NCBI GenBank assembly: GCA_041391365.1
Contig: JAWKOC010000001.1
Span: 130,068-194,067 of the forward strand
DNA: 64,000 nt
Reading direction: 5' to 3'
Source: Bdellovibrionota bacterium
Lineage (GTDB): Bacteria > Bdellovibrionota_G > JALEGL01 > JAGRMV01
Below, one piece after another: positions 57,585 to 64,000 of this stretch (positions are counted from its first letter, which is position 1; each line of letters opens with the position of its first letter). A program made the translations under genes and the position numbers. Under the pieces are notes generated by a model. The model had not been told where the DNA came from, did no database searches, and saw only the letters and a list, made by a program, of their open reading frames with translations.

Positions 57585-58948
57585 TCATTGCCAAAGACTC
57601 TCCCACCAGTTGGGTGCTTTGTAAGGTTTGTCCATTCCTGATTTTTTTCGGATGTCATTGATGTCCCACCCTGTGAGTCCCGCGAGATTTTTGGCTTCTT
57701 GTTCCTGTCTTGACTTCAAGCTTTTTGCATAGAGTCCAGCTTGCGGACAACTGTTGGGATTGCCTTTCCAAGGATGTCTCAATACATATCTACCTTGAAA
57801 GTTTTGCGTGTCCTGAGTTTCTTGAAAAAACAAATCTTCTGGAAATGTTTTCTTGGCATAACGAACATGAAGTCGGGTGATCATCACGGGCAAGGGACCT
57901 CCACCTGGCATGATGGATCTCGATCGTTGCATGGTGGGTGATTCATCTATCCAAAACACCCCAAGTTTTCGAAGCTCATCGATGCTCAGTGGATCTGCAG
58001 CGCATGGATCACACCATCCCATGTTCCATACATATTCTGTAAATATGACTCGGTTGTCTTCTTTTTGGTTTGGTATCCAAACATATCTTTGTAAAAAGTT
58101 CCGAAGTCGTCTTTGATAAAAACCGGAATGTCCATGTTGGAGGGCATGTTGATGGTTCGATAGTTGGTGGATTCCACGCGGCCTGTCTTTGTGAGAACAT
58201 AAATCAATAGATCTTGAGAGTCTTTGGCATTGATCATTCCCAATCGAATGGGAAGCATAAACTTTTCTGATTCAAACGCAATTTGAATGGGACGAAGATA
58301 CGTAAGACCGGTTTTGACTTGCTGGTCCAAATTTACTTTGGCCACAAAAAATTTTAGATTTTGTTTGATGTAGGGGCGAAGAGCTGCACTGGCTCCAGCT
58401 GGAATACGATAACCACTGGATTTGAGCCAGGTTTCCAGTCCATTGGATTCTTTGGCCGACAAGATCACAATGTCATATTCTCCGATGGTGTACTGTGCTT
58501 CGATCGTCACGCCAAGGCTTTTGGCTTGATCTTTGCTCACACCTCCTCTGTCCATCAACATACTTTGACGAACTCCCATGGAATTCTCGAACATTTTGAT
58601 TTGCTGACAAGGGTCAGGGTCAAAATATTCCACAAGACGAGGTGCACTGAATGCATCTACACGATCGATCAAAGCTCTTTCTCCGACATGAATCTGACTT
58701 TTTTCAAGTACAACTGGAACGGGAACAATCATGGCGAATTCATTCAAATCACCTTCGTAGTCGTTGCTCATGCTGATTACGGTTTTGTTTTCATCTCGCA
58801 CAAGCACAACTTGAGAAGCTTTGTTGTAAAGTTTTGCATCGGCTTTGGCGACGTAGAAACCGCAAAATGAAAAGGCCGCTGGTGAAACACCCAGCAAGAG
58901 AAAGAAACAGGTTGCAATCAGGGAAAAAGATCGATTCATATTGAACAC
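57585..58948 (-). pseudogene. DUF2330-family secreted protein, single frame break as sequenced
   Basis: ORF 57986..58948 holds the signal peptide, then FCGFYVAKADAKLYN..FAMIVPVPVV. ORF 57585..58022 holds WCDPCAADPLS..ITRLHVRY..NFQGRYVLRHPW..LTGWD. The second frame stays open upstream (EDNRVIFTEYVWNMGWCDPC) and joins the first at the T5 run 58062..58066 (A5 on the coding strand). Confidence 0.65.
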
Positions 58949-59019
58949 TCCTTTGGGTTGTGCATGGAACGTGTCCGCACTTTTGCATAGCTTTCCAAAA
59001 AATTCAAATAAAGATGGTC

Positions 59020-59826
59020 TTATCCAATGGCGCGGGAAGAGAGGTGGCGATCCAACAAAGGGACCGTCGGTGCCAGCAAAAACAAAGAATACAAAAGACC
59101 GTTGAATTCATATTCGTGAAAAATGAAAAAGAATCCGAGAACAGCCACAGCCAAGCCATGCACAAAAATTCCTTGTGTTGAACGTGGAGTGGTCTTGGGA
59201 TCGGAGATCATGAAAAAAGCAAAGATCAGTAAGACGCCATTGGACAACTGATGCAACCAGATGGTCCATTCATATTCAAGATAAGCAATGCGAGCTCCTA
59301 GCAGCGTTGCAAAAGAGAGTAAGAATCCCAAACTTACCCACCACGTCTGTGCCCGTTGCGTGACGCCTGATCCAACCAGGATGGTAAAACTGATCAGCAA
59401 AATTTCTCGACCCCATTGGCCAGGAGAAACCCAACAGGGAAGAAGCAATGTGCAAATGACAATGGCAAAATTTGCAGGGTTGAAAAAATGTTTTCCTTTC
59501 CAGCGAAACACAAATTTTGATCCTATGGCTAATGCTGCGGCCAAGGGGTGACTCCAAAGTGCATTGCATTTGAGCAGGAGCAGCAAACTTGAAGCTGTGA
59601 TCCATGGACTCATCCAATTGAATGTTTTTTTCTTTGCCCAACGGCCCAAAATCCACTGACAACCGAGTGCGCTGGAAAAACAAAGCAGCATTTGCAATGG
59701 ATCAATGACAAAGTGCCATCTCAACACTCCTGCACTCAGCAAAAATGCTAACGCTACAATTTGAAAAGCCCTTGCGTCGATTCGGCGCAAGGTTGGTGCT
59801 ATGCTCGAGATCGTAAACATTCGCAT
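59020..59826 (-). CDS. NQR2/RnfD/RnfE-family-like polytopic membrane protein (short form)
   Basis: This 268-aa ORF carries HFFNPANFA and FFMISDPKTTP, which resemble the RnfD/NqrB signatures. It overlaps the fadJ 3' end by about 22-28 nt. Confidence 0.55.
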   Translation of the reverse strand: MRMFTISSIAPTLRRIDARAFQIVALAFLLSAGVLRWHFVIDPLQMLLCFSSALGCQWILGRWAKKKTFNWMSPWITASSLLLLLKCNALWSHPLAAALAIGSKFVFRWKGKHFFNPANFAIVICTLLLPCWVSPGQWGREILLISFTILVGSGVTQRAQTWWVSLGFLLSFATLLGARIAYLEYEWTIWLHQLSNGVLLIFAFFMISDPKTTPRSTQGIFVHGLAVAVLGFFFIFHEYEFNGLLYSLFLLAPTVPLLDRHLSSRAIG

Positions 59827-61892
59827 GGACTGAAATGTTTACCGTGCTCCTTGGAGAGTTCTTCGAGGCGTTCAACAATTTTTTGCAGAGATCTTTGTTT
59901 TGCGTAGGAAATCAAACCACCTCGGAAGGGTGCGAATCCGGTTCCAAGAACCATTCCTACATCTACGTCCTGCTCATTTTTGACAACTTTTTCTTCCAAA
60001 CATCGGTAGGCCTCATTGACCATCACCAAAATCAAACGATCGATGATCATGGACTGCTTGTCTGCGTCAACCATCCCTTGAGGAGTAAGCCCCATGGATT
60101 CCAAAAAACTTTTGTCCAAAGTTTTTTTGCCTTTTTGATGAACGTAAAAGCCTTTTCCATTCTTTTTTCCGAAACGGTTGTTTTGGATCATGCTGGAGAT
60201 GAGTGATGAAGTTTTGGGAAGATACGAAAATGAGTCTGACAGATAACGACCCACATGATTGGCCACATCCAATCCAATTTCGTCAAACAGATCGAAGGGA
60301 CCCATCGGCATTCCAAAATCCAATGCAATTTTTTCAATGGCAGCCATGGGCATTCCTTCTTCAGCCAGTCGAATGGCTTCGGCCAAGTAGGTTCCCAAAA
60401 CGCGATTGACCAAAAAACCTGGACGATCTTGTACAATGATGGGCGTTTTTCCCATGGCGATGGCAAGCTGTTTGGTGCTGGCAATGGTTTGTTGCGAAGT
60501 TTGTTGTCCTTGTACGATTTCAATCAGGGGCATCTTGTGAACAGGGTTGAAAAAATGCATTCCTACAACACGTTGAGGGTTTTTGACCACGGATGCAATT
60601 TCCGTGATGGAGAGAGCTGATGTATTTGTTGCGATCACAGCTTCATCAGAAACATGTTGCGCAAGCTCCGACAATACACTTTGTTTGACTTCGATTTTTT
60701 CGATGATGGCTTCCACGACGAAATCCAATCGAGAGAATCCGGAATAGTCTTTGGTTTGCGAAATGCGATGGATTTTCTCGTCTACATAATGTGATTTTTC
60801 TCTTCGTTTTTTCCGGTTGGATTCGTAGACAGACCAAATGGCTCTCATGCCTTTTCCAAGAGCTTCGTCCGACACATCTTTGAGACGAACTTTTTTTCCT
60901 TTGTCTGCAAAAAGTCCTGCGATTCCCGCTCCCATGATTCCCGCTCCCAACACTCCAATTCGATTGACAGGGTGTGGTGGAATGGTTCCTTTGTCTTTGC
61001 GAATTTCTTCGGTCGACAAGAAAAGTCTGATCAGGGATTTGGAAATCGGGGAAGCAATCAGGCTTCCAACTTTTTGAGCCTCCAAATCATAGCTGTAAAT
61101 TTCTTCTTCACCGTACGTTTGTTTGAGAACGTCGATGGCTTGCAAAGGCGCGGGGTAGTGCCCTCGGCTTACATGGAGAGCTTGCTTTTTTGCCTGGGAA
61201 AGAATGAAGTTTCTTGTGGGTTTGAATCGTTCCAGTCCCTTTTGGAGGGTAGAGAGACGGTGAGGACGTGCCAACTTGGGGGCGCGTTCAATCCATTGTT
61301 TGCCAACTTCAAAGAGCATTTCGGTTGGACAGATGTCATCAACCAAACCCATCTTAAGAGCTCTTTTGGGGTCGAGATTTTTTCCCGTGGTGATCATGGT
61401 GAGAGCGTTGACGAGTCCTACCACTTTCGGCAATCGTTGCGTTCCACCAAATCCTGGAATGATTCCCAGTTGAACTTCGGGCAATGCCAGTTTGACGTGA
61501 GGTTCTTGCGAACAGATTCGATAATCGCACGCCAAAGCCAACTCAAGACCACCCCCCAAACAAGGTCCATTGATCAGAGCCACCGTAGGAACTTTGATGT
61601 TTTGAATGGATTCCATCAACTCTTGCCCGACACGAGCCAAATCGGCGGCGACGGTTGGATCTTTGAGAGAGAGAATTTCATCAATGGCTGCACCGGCAAT
61701 GAATTGTCCTGGCTTTGCACTTTGAATCAGAAGCCCTTGCAGGTCGTTGGTTTCGTAGATGCTTCGAACGGCGTGTTTCAATTCTCCGATGAGTTCTCCA
61801 TTGAGCACGTTGACACTTCGATTCTCCTGATTGAGAACCAGTCGAGCAACCTTGTCTGAAGTGATATCCAATTGCAAATGTTTGTATGTCAT
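59799..61892 (-). CDS. fadJ: Fatty-acid oxidation complex alpha subunit (enoyl-CoA hydratase / 3-hydroxyacyl-CoA dehydrogenase)
   Basis: This 697-aa ORF has a crotonase N-domain (INGPCLGGGLELALACD) and an NAD-binding region (IGVLGAGIMGAGIA). The gene order of thiolase first, then alpha subunit, matches fadIJ. Confidence 0.9.
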   Translation of the reverse strand: MTYKHLQLDITSDKVARLVLNQENRSVNVLNGELIGELKHAVRSIYETNDLQGLLIQSAKPGQFIAGAAIDEILSLKDPTVAADLARVGQELMESIQNIKVPTVALINGPCLGGGLELALACDYRICSQEPHVKLALPEVQLGIIPGFGGTQRLPKVVGLVNALTMITTGKNLDPKRALKMGLVDDICPTEMLFEVGKQWIERAPKLARPHRLSTLQKGLERFKPTRNFILSQAKKQALHVSRGHYPAPLQAIDVLKQTYGEEEIYSYDLEAQKVGSLIASPISKSLIRLFLSTEEIRKDKGTIPPHPVNRIGVLGAGIMGAGIAGLFADKGKKVRLKDVSDEALGKGMRAIWSVYESNRKKRREKSHYVDEKIHRISQTKDYSGFSRLDFVVEAIIEKIEVKQSVLSELAQHVSDEAVIATNTSALSITEIASVVKNPQRVVGMHFFNPVHKMPLIEIVQGQQTSQQTIASTKQLAIAMGKTPIIVQDRPGFLVNRVLGTYLAEAIRLAEEGMPMAAIEKIALDFGMPMGPFDLFDEIGLDVANHVGRYLSDSFSYLPKTSSLISSMIQNNRFGKKNGKGFYVHQKGKKTLDKSFLESMGLTPQGMVDADKQSMIIDRLILVMVNEAYRCLEEKVVKNEQDVDVGMVLGTGFAPFRGGLISYAKQRSLQKIVERLEELSKEHGKHFSPCECLRSRA

Positions 61893-61900
61893 GATGATTC

Positions 61901-63190
61901 CTACTGAGCCCTTTCAATGACCATGGCGCCGCCTTGGCCACCGCCGATGCAAAGTGTGGCCAGAGCGAGGTTTGCTTTTTTTCGCACGAGTTCTTTGGCC
62001 AATGTCATTACAAGTCGTGTTCCTGAGCTTCCTACGGGATGCCCAAGAGCAATCGCTCCACCATTTACATTGAGTTTGGCGGGATCTAGCTCTCCGAGAA
62101 GGTTTTCAAACGAAATGCCAAAACGATCTCCCAAAGAGGGCTGCTTGAAAACCTCGAGCACGGCGAGCACTTGTGCTGCGAAGGCCTCGTTGATTTCAAC
62201 ATAGTCCATTTCGGACAGTTTGTTTCCGGCACGTCGAAGAGCCACCGGAGTGGCAATCGCGGGACCCAATCCCATTCTTTTGGGATCTAGTCCCTCAAAG
62301 GCATAAGATTTGATCCAGGCCATGGGCGTGAGTCCAAGTTCTTCTACGCGTTTTTCGCTCATGAGAAGAATGGCACTGGCTCCATCTGTGATTTGGCTGC
62401 TGGATCCTGCCGTCACTGAGCCATGTCTGCGATCGAAGAAAGGTTTGAGTTTGGCCAAGGCTTCGATCGTTTGATTGGAACGGGGTCCGATGTCGTTGGA
62501 AATGACTTTGTCTTTGGAGGGGAGGTAGACCGGCACAATTTCATCTTCAAATCTTCCGGCTTTTGCGGCTGCGGCGGCTTTGAGATGGCTGTGCAATGAA
62601 AATTCATCTTGTTGCTCGCGCGATATGCCGAATTCGTTGGCGAGAATCTGTGCTGTCTGGCCCATGTTGAGTCCGCAAAACGGATCTTTGAGGCCTTCCA
62701 CCAATCCGATGATGGGTTTGAGCATGGAGGGTCGAAAATGGAGTAGGGTCTGAACTTTTTGCAAGGGAGTTTTGGCACGAGACAATTTCGCAAGCCACTT
62801 GCTCATGGTTTTGGGAAACATCAAAGGAATGTTGCTCATGGATTCGGTCCCACCCGCAATGACTGTGTCCGCTCGTCCAAGCTGAATCATATCAAAGGCA
62901 GTGGTCACGGCCTGAAGACCTGAAGCGCAGTTACGGGCCACGGTGTGAGCGCTGGTGCTCAGAGGAAGCCCCGACTGGAGCGCAATCACACGCGAGATGT
63001 TTGTGGCATCTGCGGGCTGAGACACATTGCCAAAAATGACTTCGTCCACGCTGTGGGGGTCAATTCCTGTTCTTTCGATCAGTTCTCGTGTGACGACGCG
63101 TCCCAATTCCTGGGCAGAAATGTCGTCGAATTCTGTTCCAGCTTTCACAAAAGGAGTTCGAAACCCGTTGATGATGGCTACCCTTGTCAT
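61901..63190 (-). CDS. fadI: 3-ketoacyl-CoA thiolase (acetyl-CoA acyltransferase)
   Basis: This 429-aa ORF has the active-site Cys context (VARNCASGLQAV), the C-terminal NVNGGAIALGHPVGSSG, and CIGGGQG. Confidence 0.9.
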   Translation of the reverse strand: MTRVAIINGFRTPFVKAGTEFDDISAQELGRVVTRELIERTGIDPHSVDEVIFGNVSQPADATNISRVIALQSGLPLSTSAHTVARNCASGLQAVTTAFDMIQLGRADTVIAGGTESMSNIPLMFPKTMSKWLAKLSRAKTPLQKVQTLLHFRPSMLKPIIGLVEGLKDPFCGLNMGQTAQILANEFGISREQQDEFSLHSHLKAAAAAKAGRFEDEIVPVYLPSKDKVISNDIGPRSNQTIEALAKLKPFFDRRHGSVTAGSSSQITDGASAILLMSEKRVEELGLTPMAWIKSYAFEGLDPKRMGLGPAIATPVALRRAGNKLSEMDYVEINEAFAAQVLAVLEVFKQPSLGDRFGISFENLLGELDPAKLNVNGGAIALGHPVGSSGTRLVMTLAKELVRKKANLALATLCIGGGQGGAMVIERAQ

Positions 63191-63339
63191 AGGTCGACTT
63201 ACCTACGCGATAAACTCAATTGGATCAAAGTTTTTAGGTCGGGTACCTGGTCGGCTGCGATCCCGCTCCATGGTGCGAGCGATCGAGCCAAATCGAGCGG
63301 AGGATGAGATGATCTAGAGTCCTTTTCGAAAACTCTTCC

Positions 63340-64000
63340 ATGATGTATGAGGAAGATCTTATGACAAAATCTGATTTGCAAGAATTCCAAGAGGTCGTAT
63401 CTTCTGTTCGTTCCATCGCTGAGAACCAGTTGCGCAGTGGGCATCGCAGTGTGACTGCCAAATCTAAGGTCTCATCTTCTTCTACTTCGATGACTTTGGA
63501 GGACATTCGAACCGAGTTGGGAGATTGCAGTCGTTGCAAACTGCACGTAGACCGAAACAATATTGTGTTTGGTGTGGGCAATCCCAATGCAGATTTGGTC
63601 ATTGTCGGGGAAGCTCCCGGAAGAGATGAGGATCTTAAGGGAGAACCTTTTGTAGGAAGAGCTGGAAAGCTCCTCACCGATATTTTGGGAGCCATTGGCT
63701 TGGCTCGTAGTGAAGTTTACATTTGCAATGTGATCAAATGCAGACCCCCTCAAAACCGAAACCCAGAGCCCGATGAAATTGAGCAGTGTGAACCTTTTCT
63801 CAAAAAGCAAATTGCGTCCATTTCACCTGCGGCGATTTTGACCGTGGGGAAATTTGCAGCACATGCGCTGCTTCAGGTGGAAACCCCTATTTCTCAGCTT
63901 CGAGGTAATTTTTATGAGTATGAAGGAATCCCGATGATTCCAACCTATCATCCAGCCTATTTGCTGCGCAATCCGTCTGCGAAAAAATTTGTGTGGGAAG
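63340..64000 (+). CDS. Uracil-DNA glycosylase, family 4 (3' end runs off the window)
   Basis: My own translation from ATG 63340 gives MMYEEDLMTKSD...CSRCKLHVDRNNIVFGVGNPNADLVIVGEAPGRDEDLKGEPFVGRAGKLL...NVIKCRPPQNRNP...HPAYLLRNP. There is an in-frame stop at 63316. Confidence 0.85.
   Translation, partial: MMYEEDLMTKSDLQEFQEVVSSVRSIAENQLRSGHRSVTAKSKVSSSSTSMTLEDIRTELGDCSRCKLHVDRNNIVFGVGNPNADLVIVGEAPGRDEDLKGEPFVGRAGKLLTDILGAIGLARSEVYICNVIKCRPPQNRNPEPDEIEQCEPFLKKQIASISPAAILTVGKFAAHALLQVETPISQLRGNFYEYEGIPMIPTYHPAYLLRNPSAKKFVWE

Overview
This is a 64 kb chromosomal segment from a Gram-negative bacterium with tightly packed operons and many 4-nt start/stop overlaps (ATGA, GTGA, TTGA). The gene content includes PEGA Ser/Thr kinases, sigma-54 activators, 7TMR-DISM and HD-GYP c-di-GMP enzymes, DUF2330 and SPFH/NfeD. 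That mix suggests a Bdellovibrionota or delta-proteobacteria-like organism, but this is inference only. All protein calls rest on motif recognition in the supplied ORF translations plus my own re-translation of junctions; no searches were run. In order, the window contains:

- An ECF sigma / CpxP-like operon, divergent from a periplasmic peroxide-defence operon (secreted Cys protein, di-haem peroxidase, signal-peptide KatG).
- An RND pump and outer-membrane factor pair, a 7TMR-DISM diguanylate cyclase, pip and mgtE.
- A five-gene Dpp/Gsi-like ABC importer followed by gamma-glutamyltranspeptidase and a phytochelatin-synthase-like lipoprotein.
- tRNA-Pro, rdgB, rph, then nadE, nadK, recO and mazG.
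- A 10-gene Mrp antiporter operon in Mbh-like gene order, divergent from nhaC.
- A long minus-strand operon: nfeD, SPFH, EEP nuclease/phosphatase, tdk, nfuA, LMW-PTP, fructosamine-kinase-like.
- A receiver/HD-GYP regulator, DUF309, a lytic transglycosylase, an MMPL exporter and an aminotransferase.
- A sigma-54 activator, a BtuF-like protein and a PEGA Ser/Thr kinase in one operon.
- DUF2330 and an RnfD-like protein directly downstream of fadI-fadJ, then a partial family-4 UDG.

I saw no CRISPR array, transposase, integrase, phage genes or rRNA. The most notable observations are:

- Two divergent, identical ECF-type promoters (TGAACTT-N15-CGTCTA), plus an OxyR-pattern site upstream of katG.
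- Six single-base frame breaks at short homopolymers in four genes. Four of them form alternating +1/-1 pairs inside the adjacent NAD genes nadE and nadK.
- A periplasmic glutathione-salvage-like gene set.
- An Mbh-ordered Mrp complex with three antiporter-like subunits.
- Two uncharacterised operon architectures: EBP / BtuF-like / PEGA kinase, and fadIJ / RnfD-like / DUF2330.
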